Counted from the stretch's first letter, positions 9,163 to 22,990 are shown. The stretch is DNA of 64,000 nucleotides from Ignavibacteriota bacterium (GCA_963801355.1 CAWDEM010000004.1:1120001-1184000); one strand, 5' to 3'. Notes: a model not told the origin generated them from the letters alone. A program made the numbers and translations.

Positions 9163-11042
9163 CCGACCACGACGTGTATCTGTTCAAAGAAGGCAATCAC
9201 TTCCGGCTCCACGACACACTGGGATCACATGTCGGCACCCGCAATGGAACGGCCGGGACATGGTTTCGTGTCTGGGCACCGAACGCGGAGCGCGTCTCCG
9301 TGGTCGGTGATTTCAACGGCTGGGCGCGCGACACGCACCGGATGCACCCGCGCCACGACAACTCCGGCGTGTGGGAGCTGTTCATCCCCGGCATCAAGGA
9401 AGGGATGATCTACAAGTATCACATCGAGTCGCGCTACAACGGGTATCAGGCGGACAAGGGCGATCCGTTCGCAGTGCTCTGGGAATGTCCGCCGAAGACC
9501 GGTTCTGTGGTCTGGTCACTGGACTACACCTGGAATGACGCGGAGTGGATGAAGAACCGCCACACGGCAAATGCGCTGGATGCGCCCATGAGCATCTACG
9601 AAGTGCATGTCGGTTCCTGGCGGCGGGTGCCCGAAGAATGGAACCGGTCCCTCACGTACCGCGAACTTGCTCCCCTGCTTGCGGAATACGCCCATGACAT
9701 GGGGTTCACGCACGTGGAACTCCTGCCGATCATGGAACACCCCTTCTATGGCTCCTGGGGATATCAAACCACGGGGTATTTTGCACCTTCGAGTCGCTAC
9801 GGGACTCCCCAGGATTTCATGTTTCTGGTGGACACGTTGCATCAACAGGGGATCGGGGTGATCCTTGACTGGGTGCCCTCCCACTTCCCTGGGGACGAAC
9901 ATGGCCTGGCGTATTTCGACGGGACCCACCTGTTCGAGCATGCGGATCCGCGGCAGGGTTACCACCCGGATTGGGCGAGCTATATTTTCAACTATGGCCG
10001 GAATGAAGTACGCTCGTTCCTCATCAGCAGCGCCGTGTACTGGCTGGATCGCTATCATATCGACGGGTTCCGCGTTGACGCCGTCGCCTCCATGCTGTAT
10101 CTCAACTATTCCCGCAAGGAGGGAGAGTGGGTGCCGAACGTGTTCGGCGGAAAAGAGAATCTCGACGCCATCGCATTCCTCAAGCGGTTCAATGAGGTTG
10201 TGTATGGGCAGTTCCCCGACGTGCAAACATTCGCCGAGGAGTCAACGGATTGGCCGATGGTGTCACGGCCGGTCTATGTCGGCGGACTCGGGTTCGGCAT
10301 GAAGTGGAATATGGGATGGATGCACGACACGCTGGACTATTTTTCCAAGGACCCCGTCTTCCGAAAATTCCACCACAATCAGCTCACATTCAGTATCTGG
10401 TATGCATTCTCGGAGAACTTCGTTCTTTCGATTTCTCACGATGAAGTCGTGCACGGCAAAGGGGCGCTGGTGGGAAAGATGCCCGGGGATGAATGGCAGA
10501 GATATGCAAATGTGCGGTTGCTCCTGGGGTACATGTTCGGCCATCCGGGGAAGAAACTGCTTTTCATGGGCAACGAAATGGGACAGTGGCGCGAATGGAA
10601 CCATGAAGAAAGCCTGGAGTGGCACGTCCTGGCCTTCCCGTTTCACGTCGGGGTACAACGGTGGGTGCGCGATCTCAATGCGCTCCTGCGCGCTGAACCT
10701 GCGTTGCATGAGGTGGATTTTTCGATCGAAGGGTTCAGCTGGGTCGATTTTCACGATTGGGAAAACAGCGTCATCGTGTTTCTGAGGAAGGATCGAGCGA
10801 ACGCCCCGAGAATCCTGGTCGCCTGCAACCTCACGCCAGTCATTCGCCGCGGCTACCGGGTGGGAGTTCCCGTTGCCGGGTACTGGCGCGAGGCGTTGAA
10901 CAGTGACAGCGATGCCTATGGTGGTGCGAACGTCGGGAACGGCGGCGGTCTTCACACGGAGTCGGTGCAATCCCACGGGCAGATGCAGTCGCTCTCACTC
11001 ACGCTGCCGCCGCTGGGAGTGGTGTTCCTTGCTGCGCCGTGA
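9159..11042 (+). CDS. glgB: 1,4-alpha-glucan branching enzyme (short form)
   Basis: FRVWAPNA, YEVHVGSW, SWGYQ, GFRVDAVASM, AEES, SHDEVVHGK. Confidence 0.96.
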   Translation: MTDHDVYLFKEGNHFRLHDTLGSHVGTRNGTAGTWFRVWAPNAERVSVVGDFNGWARDTHRMHPRHDNSGVWELFIPGIKEGMIYKYHIESRYNGYQADKGDPFAVLWECPPKTGSVVWSLDYTWNDAEWMKNRHTANALDAPMSIYEVHVGSWRRVPEEWNRSLTYRELAPLLAEYAHDMGFTHVELLPIMEHPFYGSWGYQTTGYFAPSSRYGTPQDFMFLVDTLHQQGIGVILDWVPSHFPGDEHGLAYFDGTHLFEHADPRQGYHPDWASYIFNYGRNEVRSFLISSAVYWLDRYHIDGFRVDAVASMLYLNYSRKEGEWVPNVFGGKENLDAIAFLKRFNEVVYGQFPDVQTFAEESTDWPMVSRPVYVGGLGFGMKWNMGWMHDTLDYFSKDPVFRKFHHNQLTFSIWYAFSENFVLSISHDEVVHGKGALVGKMPGDEWQRYANVRLLLGYMFGHPGKKLLFMGNEMGQWREWNHEESLEWHVLAFPFHVGVQRWVRDLNALLRAEPALHEVDFSIEGFSWVDFHDWENSVIVFLRKDRANAPRILVACNLTPVIRRGYRVGVPVAGYWREALNSDSDAYGGANVGNGGGLHTESVQSHGQMQSLSLTLPPLGVVFLAAP

Positions 11043-11140
11043 TGGATCATCCGTTGTCCATCATCCGTAATTCATCATCCGTTGTTCATCATCCGTTGTC
11101 CATCACCCGTTGTCCATCATCCATTGTCCATCGTCAATTG
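11043..11140. repeat. Seven tandem copies of a 14-bp unit (consensus TYCATCATCCGTTG) filling the glgB/dacB convergent gap
   Basis: Units start at 11043, 11057, 11071, 11085, 11099, 11113 and 11127. Confidence 0.92.
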
Positions 11141-12612
11141 GTCTCCCCCCTCTTCAACCCCGCAAGATACTCTCCGATCGCATCCTGGACCATCCGGTAC
11201 GGCCGTGTGGCCCCGGGGAAATTCTGCATAAGCATCGAGAACACGAGCATCTCGCCGTCGAGGGTTTGTACGTATCCCGACAGCGCTGAAACGGCACTGA
11301 GTGATCCGGTCTTCGCGCGCAGGTTGCCCGCGGCAAGCGTCCCGCGCATGCGAGACTCGATCGTTCCATCCACCCCGGCGACGGGGAGGGCATGATAGAA
11401 CAGCGGGAAGCTCCGGGTATCCCTGTAGACCTGCTCCAGGACACGGACCATGGTGGCGGCGGACGTCAGATTGTAACGCGACAGGCCTGAACCGTCGGCA
11501 ACCGAAATCCGGTTCGTATCTACACCACAGGCCGTGAGGAACTCATTGACCAGGGACCTGCCGGCTTCGGCGGAGCCCGGGATCTTGTACCTTTCCGCGG
11601 CGATGGTCTTGAGTACGCATTCCGCCGAGAGGTTGTCGCTCACCTTGTTCAGAAAGGTTATGACGGTGTCGATGCCGTGCACGTGACGCTGCAACTCGAC
11701 CATGGTTGCGGTGACGGTGTCGACGATGACCGGGTCTTCCACGGGCACCCCCCACGCTCTGAGCCGATCCGCAAACACCGATCCGGCGTACAGCTCGGGT
11801 TTCCAGAGACTCAGCTGCGCAGTCCGGCCACGGCCCCCGAGCCGGATCTGTCCTTTGACCGTAATGGTGTTCGAGCGTTCCCTCCACTTGCGGGAGATTT
11901 CCAGGCTCACCGCCGGTGTGTCCGCCACGGTGGTGGCGGTGTTTTCAATAGTGACATAGGATGTGGGTGGATCGATAGAGACAATGGGAGCGATACCGGC
12001 TTCCGCCGCCGGGAGAACCCGGACGGTGATGGTATTGTTGTTGAGTGTTACCGGGGAGATGGACATCCCGTCGGCTTCCGGTTCATCGTTCCACATCCAC
12101 CCTGTCCCCCAGGGAAGATCATCAAAGAACGAAATATCGACCGCCACGCGCCAGGGGGCGGTTGCGGACAGGAGGGGAGCTGCACAGCGTGCGAGCGAGT
12201 CGAGATCGCCGGTTGACGTCAGCGGATCGCCATACCCTTTTAGTACCACGAGCCGTCGCACCGAATCCGTGAAGACGGCGGTCGAGAAACCATATGAGGT
12301 GCCGAGAGTGCCGAGGGCGGTGCACGTGGTCAGGATTTTCTGGTTGGACGCAGGATTGAACAGCATGTGTTCGTTCAGCGCGTACAGCTGGTCGCCGTGT
12401 GTCAGCGAGGCAACGCTGATACCGATGTTGGACGGCGGAAAAAGGGAATCCGCGATCAGCGCATCGATCCGGGCTTTGATCCCGGGGATGGGAGAGACGC
12501 TCAGGGCTCCGACGGATGGGGGGGGCGGAGGCAGAGTCCGGAATATCTCGCGGCTGCCTGTGCATCCCACGAGGAGGGCGGTGAGAAGAACGAGTGTGAT
12601 TCGGGCCGGCAT
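11134..12612 (-). CDS. dacB: D-Ala-D-Ala carboxypeptidase/endopeptidase PBP4 (peptidase S13), lipoprotein
   Basis: Lipobox LLVGC, PASNQK (SxxK), SDN, DGSGLSRYN, KTGSL. Confidence 0.92.
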   Translation of the reverse strand: MPARITLVLLTALLVGCTGSREIFRTLPPPPPSVGALSVSPIPGIKARIDALIADSLFPPSNIGISVASLTHGDQLYALNEHMLFNPASNQKILTTCTALGTLGTSYGFSTAVFTDSVRRLVVLKGYGDPLTSTGDLDSLARCAAPLLSATAPWRVAVDISFFDDLPWGTGWMWNDEPEADGMSISPVTLNNNTITVRVLPAAEAGIAPIVSIDPPTSYVTIENTATTVADTPAVSLEISRKWRERSNTITVKGQIRLGGRGRTAQLSLWKPELYAGSVFADRLRAWGVPVEDPVIVDTVTATMVELQRHVHGIDTVITFLNKVSDNLSAECVLKTIAAERYKIPGSAEAGRSLVNEFLTACGVDTNRISVADGSGLSRYNLTSAATMVRVLEQVYRDTRSFPLFYHALPVAGVDGTIESRMRGTLAAGNLRAKTGSLSAVSALSGYVQTLDGEMLVFSMLMQNFPGATRPYRMVQDAIGEYLAGLKRGETN

Positions 12613-12672
12613 GTGGATTCCTTTTCTGATGACTCCTTCATTTTGGCAAAGATTCATTGAAAAATCAACAGA

Positions 12673-12701
12673 TTGCACGACACTCGGATTCTGGTTATAT
12701 T
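12673..12701 (+). promoter_or_regulatory. Sigma70-type promoter of secA
   Basis: TTGCAC-17 nt-TATATT, 40 nt upstream of the ATG. Confidence 0.65.
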
Positions 12702-12741
12702 ATTAGTTCATTGTCTCGTTCACTTTATTGTGGTGGTGACC

Positions 12742-16189
<3,448 letters not shown>

Positions 16190-16206
16190 GAAGAGACCAA
16201 TTGCCC

Positions 16207-16231
16207 ATGGACAACGGACGATGGTGAACGG
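16207..16231 (-). repeat. Short inverted copy of the 14-bp repeat family, overlapping the era start
   Basis: Minus strand reads CCGTTCACCATCGTCCGTTGTCCAT, matching the CATCATCCGTTGTCCAT units at 11043-11140. Confidence 0.6.
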
Positions 16232-17147
16232 CCAACCGGAGGGAGACGGCGGAGAGTTCAGAAGCGGGTATGTGACCATCATCGGTGAGCCGAATGTCGG
16301 CAAATCGACGCTGATGAACTGCCTGCTGAAACAGAAGATCTCCATTGTCACCGACAAGCCTCAGACAACCCGGCACAAAGTGCTGGGGATCCTTTCCGCA
16401 GACGGCTTCCAGATAGTGTTTCTCGATACGCCCGGCATCATCACTCCGCGCTACCTGCTGCACGAGGCGATGATGCGCAGCGCAGCATCGGCGATCGCCG
16501 ATGCCGATGTGTTGCTGTTCATGGTGGACGCGACGGACCCGAAGCTGGGCACGGGTCTGGTGCAAGCGGAGGCGTTCAAAAAGATCGAGGGATTCCGGAA
16601 ACCGACATTCCTCGTCCTGAACAAAATCGACCTTGTCCGGAAAGCGCAACTGCTCCCGATCATCGGGGCGTATGCCAGCGCATTTCCTTTCACCGAGGTC
16701 TTCCCCATCTCCGCACTGAGAAGTGAGGGAACAGACCCGCTGCTCGGTGCCCTGGTGTCACTTCTCCCCGTGCATCCTCCGTACTATCCCACGGATATTG
16801 TCAGCGAGCATTCAGACCGGTTCTTTGTCTCCGAGATCATCCGCGAAAAAATCTTTCTGTCCTGCCGCGAGGAGATTCCGTACTCGACGACCGTGGATAT
16901 CGTCGAATTCAAAGAACGTGAAGCGGGCAAGTGGTTCGTCAGTGCAGATGTCATCGTGGAACGGGACTCCCAGAAAGGGATTGTCATCGGAAAACAGGGT
17001 GCCATGCTCAAGAAGATCGGGCATCTGGCACGGCACGAGATCGAGAGCTTCCTGGCTCACCCCGTCTTCCTCGAACTGCACGTGAGGGTGCGGGAGAAGT
17101 GGAGGGAGAAGGACGAGTGGATCAAAAGGCTGGGGTACGGGGAGTGA
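16221..17147 (+). CDS. era: GTPase Era
   Basis: GEPNVGKST, KPQTTR, DTPG, NKID, EIIREK, SQKGIVIGKQG (KH domain). Confidence 0.95.
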   Translation: MVNGQPEGDGGEFRSGYVTIIGEPNVGKSTLMNCLLKQKISIVTDKPQTTRHKVLGILSADGFQIVFLDTPGIITPRYLLHEAMMRSAASAIADADVLLFMVDATDPKLGTGLVQAEAFKKIEGFRKPTFLVLNKIDLVRKAQLLPIIGAYASAFPFTEVFPISALRSEGTDPLLGALVSLLPVHPPYYPTDIVSEHSDRFFVSEIIREKIFLSCREEIPYSTTVDIVEFKEREAGKWFVSADVIVERDSQKGIVIGKQGAMLKKIGHLARHEIESFLAHPVFLELHVRVREKWREKDEWIKRLGYGE

Positions 17148-17222
17148 GCGGCGGATGTCGCCGGGTGGAGCCCTCCGGATGTCCATGGAGAAACCGAGTT
17201 GAAGAGAATTACGGCGGGGGGG

Positions 17223-18131
17223 ATGATGCGCTCTGAACGCTATGGCATCTGGCTGGCATACTTCATCATCTCGACGGTCTGGGGAACAACCTGGTATGCT
17301 ATTCGTATTGGGTCGGAGACCATCCCGCCATTTTTGTCGGCAGGCATCCGCTGCTGCGTTGCCGCCGCCGTACTGTTCGCCTTCCTCCGGGTCAGCGGCG
17401 GCGTCATCCCGACGTCCCATGTCGCGTGGAAGGTCTATGCCGCACTGGGTATTCTTACGATCGGCATCCCATTTGCGTTGATCTACTGGGGACAACAGTA
17501 TGTTCCAACGGGCCTGAGCAGTATTCTCTTCGGCGCTTTTCCCCTCTGGGTGGCACTCCTGTCCCACTTCATGCTCAAGAACGAGCCCCTGGATTTTTTC
17601 AAGGTTGCGTCAATCGCGCTGGGTTTTGTCGGGGTCGTACTGATTTTCTCCTCGGATCTTTCGATCGAGGGCACTCAGGGCGTGCTGGGCATGGCGGCAA
17701 TCCTCCTCAGCACTTGCATCCAGGCAATCGCTCTCATCATCATCAAGAAACATGGAGAGCCCGTGAGCCCCACGGCGATGAATTTCGTGGGCATGGCCAT
17801 GGGGGGCGTGATGCTCCTGGTACTGAGCCTGCTGTTTGAATCCGGGCAGCCCGTGGTCTGGACGTGGCCGGCGGTTGCCTCTCTCGCCTACCTGACGATT
17901 GTGGCTTCCGTGATCACGTTCATGGCATACTACTGGCTGCTGAAGAGAATGGACGCCGTATACGTCTCACTCTCCTCCTTCATCAATCCTATCGTCGCCG
18001 TCCTGATCGGCGCCCTGGTGTTGGAAGAACGACTTGCGTCGATGGTCTTCGTGGGTGCAGCGTTCGTCCTGACCGGTATGCTGGTTGCAAACGGGAAAAT
18101 GCTCTATGCGAAGATCATGGCGAAAAGCTGA
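17223..18131 (+). CDS. EamA/DMT family transporter
   Basis: About 10 TM segments, VWGTTW, PPF...GIR, INPIVAVLIG. Confidence 0.88.
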   Translation: MMRSERYGIWLAYFIISTVWGTTWYAIRIGSETIPPFLSAGIRCCVAAAVLFAFLRVSGGVIPTSHVAWKVYAALGILTIGIPFALIYWGQQYVPTGLSSILFGAFPLWVALLSHFMLKNEPLDFFKVASIALGFVGVVLIFSSDLSIEGTQGVLGMAAILLSTCIQAIALIIIKKHGEPVSPTAMNFVGMAMGGVMLLVLSLLFESGQPVVWTWPAVASLAYLTIVASVITFMAYYWLLKRMDAVYVSLSSFINPIVAVLIGALVLEERLASMVFVGAAFVLTGMLVANGKMLYAKIMAKS

Positions 18132-20073
18132 CCAGCCCCTGTCGGCGCAGAGATTGTGGTGGCCGGTTGTGTGCCTGGTCCTGGCGGCATCCGTCGGGTC
18201 CGCCGGCGGGCAACGCCGTTCCGGCAGCACACTCCTCCCCCTCCTTGATGTCCTCCACTATAACATCGAGGTGACACTGGATATGACCGGGGGAGCACTC
18301 GAAGGGCGCGTCACGATGACGATGCGCCTCAACAGTGCGGCGCAACTAATCGTGGTGAATGCGGCGGGCCTGACGATTGACCGGGCAACAGTGGACGGGG
18401 AACTCTGGTCGGCATCCCTCGACGGCGTTCAGGAAACACTCACGTTGCGCGGTCCCGGTGCCGGCCGCCCCGCGGGCGATACGGTATCGGTTGCTATTGA
18501 CTACCGTCGTCCGGAAGGCGGGAGGCCGGGCGGACGATGGGGATACTACTTCTTCCTTGATACACTCGGCATTCCCTCCAATCTGGGGTATACGCTTGCG
18601 GAACCCTCGGACGCAAGGTTCTGGATGCCCTGCGTCGATTCGCCGGATGACAAGGCCACGGCTGATCTTGCGGTGACAGTGCCTGCGGGCTATGTCGCCG
18701 CCAGCAACGGCAAGCTCATGGGGGTGACTGCAGCGGCGGGGAACACCATGGTGTGGCACTGGCGCGAGGCACACCCGATCGCCACCTATCTCCTCTCTAT
18801 TACTGCGTCGCGATTCACCATTTCGACCGTTCCGTTTGTGCGTGCTGCAGGGGATACGGTGCCCGTGCAGTATTACGTATGGCCGGAGGACTCCGCGGAG
18901 TGCGCTGCGTATCTTCCTGTGGTGCGCAGTATGATCGGGGGCCTCAGCGCCGTGTTCGGGCCGTACCCGTTCGACAAATACGGGATGACTGCCGTTGTGC
19001 CGTTTGCTTACGGCGGGATGGAGCACCAGACCATCACCACGTTGAACCGCTTTCTCAAGACCAATGAAAAAGTGGTTGTGCATGAACTGGCACATCAGTG
19101 GTGGGGCGATCTGGTGACCTGCGGAACGTGGAGGGATATCTGGCTCAACGAGAGCTTTGCCACATATGCAGAGGCCCTCTGGGAGGAACAGAAAGGCGGG
19201 CGGGACGCCCTCAGGCGCTATATGCACGGCGCGCTGGAACACTTCAATTACGCGTCATGGCGGGGATCGCTGTATGACCCCGAAGGGCAGGGTTTCAATC
19301 TGTTTGACGATGTCGTCTACAGCAAAGGCGCATGGGTGCTGCATACACTCCGGGGGGTGGTCGGCGATTCCCTTTTCTTCCGGATCCTGGGCCGTTACCG
19401 CGCCCTGTATGCCGGAGGAAACGCGACCACCGGAGATCTGCGCGCAGTTGTCGATACCGTCACCGGGCAGAGCATGCAGTGGTTCTTTGATCAGTGGGTG
19501 TACGGTCCGGGATGGCCGATGTACGCCGGCACGTTCAGCTGGTCATCTGATACACTGACCGTCAGCGTAACACAGGAGCAAACGCCGTCATGGCCGACGT
19601 TCACGGTCCCGCTGCAGGTAAGGGCAACGAACGGCGTGCGCGACACGATGTTCACCATTGTTCCCGATGAACGGTTTTTTGTGACACGGATACCCCTTTC
19701 ATTTTCTCCGACGTCGATTGTACTGGACCCTGATAGCCTGGTTCTAAAACAGAGTGTTGTATCCACAGGGATATCGGAAGCGCCGGAACAACCATCGGAA
19801 TTCCTGCTGGAACAAAACTATCCCAATCCGTTCAATCCCAGTACGACCATACGATTTTCGATCGTGGATCCACAATTCACAAGTCTTCGTGTGTATGACA
19901 TGCTGGGGCGTGAGGTGGCGGTGCTGGTAGACGAACAGAGGCCCGCAGGGCGGTACACGGTTACGTTTCCCGCTGCCGGCGAAAGAAGTCCGGGGCTGGC
20001 GAGCGGTGTGTATTTTGTCCGTCTGCAGGCAGGCGGGAGGGTTGCGGTGAAGTCGATGCTGCTCATCCGGTAG
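18106..20073 (+). CDS. Secreted M1-family aminopeptidase with T9SS CTD
   Basis: ARFWMPC, GGMEH, HELAHQWWG...WLNESFA, YSKGAWVLH, LEQNYPNPFNP...KSMLLIR. Start uncertain. Confidence 0.9.
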   Translation: MRRSWRKADQPLSAQRLWWPVVCLVLAASVGSAGGQRRSGSTLLPLLDVLHYNIEVTLDMTGGALEGRVTMTMRLNSAAQLIVVNAAGLTIDRATVDGELWSASLDGVQETLTLRGPGAGRPAGDTVSVAIDYRRPEGGRPGGRWGYYFFLDTLGIPSNLGYTLAEPSDARFWMPCVDSPDDKATADLAVTVPAGYVAASNGKLMGVTAAAGNTMVWHWREAHPIATYLLSITASRFTISTVPFVRAAGDTVPVQYYVWPEDSAECAAYLPVVRSMIGGLSAVFGPYPFDKYGMTAVVPFAYGGMEHQTITTLNRFLKTNEKVVVHELAHQWWGDLVTCGTWRDIWLNESFATYAEALWEEQKGGRDALRRYMHGALEHFNYASWRGSLYDPEGQGFNLFDDVVYSKGAWVLHTLRGVVGDSLFFRILGRYRALYAGGNATTGDLRAVVDTVTGQSMQWFFDQWVYGPGWPMYAGTFSWSSDTLTVSVTQEQTPSWPTFTVPLQVRATNGVRDTMFTIVPDERFFVTRIPLSFSPTSIVLDPDSLVLKQSVVSTGISEAPEQPSEFLLEQNYPNPFNPSTTIRFSIVDPQFTSLRVYDMLGREVAVLVDEQRPAGRYTVTFPAAGERSPGLASGVYFVRLQAGGRVAVKSMLLIR

Positions 20074-20086
20074 AGGCGATGGCGCG

Positions 20087-21988
20087 ATGGAAGAACCTGT
20101 TCAACCGATCATTTCCATCAGGATCAGCGATGAGTCAGTGTCGCTCGCCCAGAAGCTCGAAGCGCTGCCTGCAGGTCCGGGCGTCTACCAGCACAAGGAC
20201 GCCGAAGGGAATGTACTTTATGTAGGGAAAGCAAAAAGCCTCAGGAACCGCGTGCGGCAGTATTTCCAGAAATCCCGCTCTGTGGACCGCCGCATTGAGC
20301 TCATGCTTCAACGTGCCACCGATCTGGAAATCATCGTGACAGATTCCGAAGTCGAGGCGCTGATCCTCGAAGCGAATCTCATCAAAAAACTCCGTCCGCG
20401 GTACAACGTCAACCTCAAAGACGATAAGAGTTATCCCTACATCGTCGTCACCAATGAACCCTACCCCCGTGTCTTTGTCACGCGGCGGATACGGCGTGAC
20501 GGGTCCCGATATTTCGGCCCCTACACTGACGTGAAGAATGTCCGTTCCGCCCTGAAGGCGGTGCGGGATATTTTCATGATTCGCAGCTGCAATTTCGCCC
20601 TTGATGCCGACTCGATCGCACGCAAGAAATACCGGCTCTGCCTTGATTACCACATCAAGAAGTGCGAAGGTCCCTGCGAGGGTCTGGTGTCCCGGGAACG
20701 GTATCAGAGCATGATAGACCAGGTTGCCGCCGTGCTGCGAGGCAAGACCGACACCCTGATCGCCCGTCTGCGTGAGGAGATGGAAGGGCTTTCCACTGCG
20801 ATGAGGTTTGAGGATGCGGCCCTGGTGCGGGACCGTATCAAGGGACTGCAAGCGTATAGCGAGCGGCAGAAAGTGGCCCTGCTGGATAGCGGGGATCGGG
20901 ATATCGTGTCCTTTGCGGCGGAAGGAGACGATGCCTGCGGGGTGATCTTCGCGATTCGTGAAGGCAAGATGATCGGACGGCGGCATTATTACATGAACAA
21001 TGTGGAAAACAGGCCCTCATCCGAAATCCTCAGCATCGTGCTGCAGCAGCACTATCTTGAGGCGGAGGATCTTCCCGCTGACATTCTCGTACCCGAGCCC
21101 CCGGAGGATAGTGCTGTTGTCCAGCAGTGGCTGACAAACCGTCGGGGTGCTCCCCTGTCGGTGCGCCTCCCGGCGGAAGGAGAGGAAACTACGCTGGTGA
21201 ATCTCTCGCGGACCAACGCCCGTTTCCTGCTGGATGAACTGAAGATACAGCGGATGAAGAAGTCCGACTATGTCCCCCATGCCGTTGTGTCACTTCAAAA
21301 AGACCTGCGCCTCAACCGATTACCGAGACGCATCGAGTGCTTCGACATTTCAAACATCCAGGGGACGGATGCGGTCGCATCCATGGTGGTGTTTGTTGAC
21401 GGAAAGCCGCGGAAGAGCGAATACCGGAAGTTCAAGATCCGGAGCGTGCACGGCCCGGATGATTTCGCAAGCATGCGCGAAGTGATCGAGCGGCGGTATA
21501 CCCGGCTGGTTGATGAACAGGGGACGCCTCCGGATCTCATCATGGTCGACGGGGGAAAAGGGCAACTCTCCAGCGCAGTCGAAGTGCTCACTGCGCTCGG
21601 GCTGTCCGGTGTGCCCATTATCGGCCTGGCCAAACGGCTGGAGGAGGTGTTCCTCCCCGGCAAAAGCGACCCCGAACTCATTGCGAAGACTTCGACGGGA
21701 CTCCGGTTGCTCCAGCAGGTACGCGATGAGGCACACCGGTTCGCCATTACCTATCACCGCACGTTGCGGGAGAAACGGACGTTGCGGACGGAGCTTGATC
21801 TCATCGCCGGCGTCGGCGACAAGAGAGCGAAGGAGCTTCTGGAAGTGTTCGGGTCTGTTCAGGGAGTCCGGTTCGCGACAACCGAACAGCTTGCAGCCGT
21901 CGTCGGCGACAAAGTAGCAGGAAAGATAAAGGAATACTTCGATCTCGGGGACTTGCCGGCTGAAAACGGGGACAAGGCAAAAGGGTGA
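20087..21988 (+). CDS. uvrC: Excinuclease ABC subunit C
   Basis: PGVY...LYVGKAKSLRNRV (GIY-YIG), IECFDISN, DGGKGQL, RDEAHRFA, HhH motif. Confidence 0.97.
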   Translation: MEEPVQPIISIRISDESVSLAQKLEALPAGPGVYQHKDAEGNVLYVGKAKSLRNRVRQYFQKSRSVDRRIELMLQRATDLEIIVTDSEVEALILEANLIKKLRPRYNVNLKDDKSYPYIVVTNEPYPRVFVTRRIRRDGSRYFGPYTDVKNVRSALKAVRDIFMIRSCNFALDADSIARKKYRLCLDYHIKKCEGPCEGLVSRERYQSMIDQVAAVLRGKTDTLIARLREEMEGLSTAMRFEDAALVRDRIKGLQAYSERQKVALLDSGDRDIVSFAAEGDDACGVIFAIREGKMIGRRHYYMNNVENRPSSEILSIVLQQHYLEAEDLPADILVPEPPEDSAVVQQWLTNRRGAPLSVRLPAEGEETTLVNLSRTNARFLLDELKIQRMKKSDYVPHAVVSLQKDLRLNRLPRRIECFDISNIQGTDAVASMVVFVDGKPRKSEYRKFKIRSVHGPDDFASMREVIERRYTRLVDEQGTPPDLIMVDGGKGQLSSAVEVLTALGLSGVPIIGLAKRLEEVFLPGKSDPELIAKTSTGLRLLQQVRDEAHRFAITYHRTLREKRTLRTELDLIAGVGDKRAKELLEVFGSVQGVRFATTEQLAAVVGDKVAGKIKEYFDLGDLPAENGDKAKG

Positions 21989-22153
21989 ACATGTGGCCAA
22001 TATTGGACTTCATTGTCGATGCACCCCCGTCAGACCTCACGATTCGGACAGGCATATCCACATCCCGGATGGTATGAAAGTTGCTCTCCCAACAAGGGGT
22101 GAAACGGGGTTTTGCCGCGAATGAGCCGGCCTTAGAGCGTGTGGAGACAGGCA

Positions 22154-22801
22154 ATGCACGATATGCCTCAACGGACGCCGGGGATCTGGATGACAGAGCG
22201 CCAGTGCATGGAGATGCTGGATGAATTGCACGTTGCGCGTGTGTCCAAAGCCGCCGGCGCGAAAATGATGTTGACAGTCGTCGGTCCCGATGGTGGTGAG
22301 ACTCTGTCGGTTACGGAGATCAAGGGACGGTCATCGATCACACTTGCGACACTTGAGGAACGCAAGCGGGGTGTCGAGGAGAATGTGGAGCACCTCAAAC
22401 GCGATAGTCAGTTGACACCGGAAGAGGAACATGAGAAGCGGCGATTACTGCTGGAGATCGGGACGGAGATGTCCCATCAGCGCACAATCGTCGGGGCAAT
22501 GAACTATCTCCAGATTCATTTCAAGGACATGGAGCCGAAGCTGTCACTCCGTGAGGCGCAGTTGCTGGGGGCCCGGGCGGTCCGTGAGGGGAGGGCCAAA
22601 CTCCGCTGGACAAAGGGGATCAAGTCGGCCGCCCTCTATTGCCTGAAAGAATCTCAAAAGGAATCAAATGCGGGGAAGCCTCCTCTCAGCCTCTGCCGGG
22701 AGTTCCTGAAACAGTACGTCATTGACGGCGAGGAAGACTACGGTCCGGAACAACTCCTGAGGAACATGCAACAGATTCTTCAGCTTGAAAGGGCTCAATA
22801 G
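22154..22801 (+). CDS. Hypothetical protein (helical/coiled-coil)
   Basis: About 215-aa ORF fills the uvrC-tRNA gap, GGAG upstream of the ATG, no family recognised. Confidence 0.6.
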   Translation: MHDMPQRTPGIWMTERQCMEMLDELHVARVSKAAGAKMMLTVVGPDGGETLSVTEIKGRSSITLATLEERKRGVEENVEHLKRDSQLTPEEEHEKRRLLLEIGTEMSHQRTIVGAMNYLQIHFKDMEPKLSLREAQLLGARAVREGRAKLRWTKGIKSAALYCLKESQKESNAGKPPLSLCREFLKQYVIDGEEDYGPEQLLRNMQQILQLERAQ

Positions 22802-22838
22802 ACCGGCCGAAGGCGTCCGAAGCCGTCACAGAAGCGAC

Positions 22839-22867
22839 TTGCACATCCGCAGCAAAACGCGTATATT
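22839..22867 (+). promoter_or_regulatory. Sigma70-type promoter for tRNA-Val and probably the pyr genes
   Basis: TTGCAC-17 nt-TATATT, 13 nt before the tRNA. Confidence 0.72.
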
Positions 22868-22880
22868 CTCCTGGTTTTGA

Positions 22881-22954
<74 letters not shown>

Positions 22955-22956
22955 CC

Positions 22957-22990
22957 CCCTTTAAATCCTGCACGGAGAGGCAGGAAAGGG
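22957..22990 (+). promoter_or_regulatory. PyrR-binding RNA element
   Basis: CCCTTTAAATCCTGCACGGAGAGGCAGGAAAGGG has the CUUUAA...GAGAGG...AAGG stem-loop typical of PyrR sites, about 100 nt upstream of pyrR. Confidence 0.75.

Noticed and set aside
11043-11140. Possible CRISPR array, and the 118-aa ORF 11039-11395
   Set aside because: Units are contiguous 14-mers with no unique spacers and no cas genes. The ORF is repeat-derived and antisense to dacB.
21989-22153. Possible riboswitch or sRNA between uvrC and the orphan ORF
   Set aside because: I could not match any known aptamer consensus or find a convincing multi-stem fold by eye
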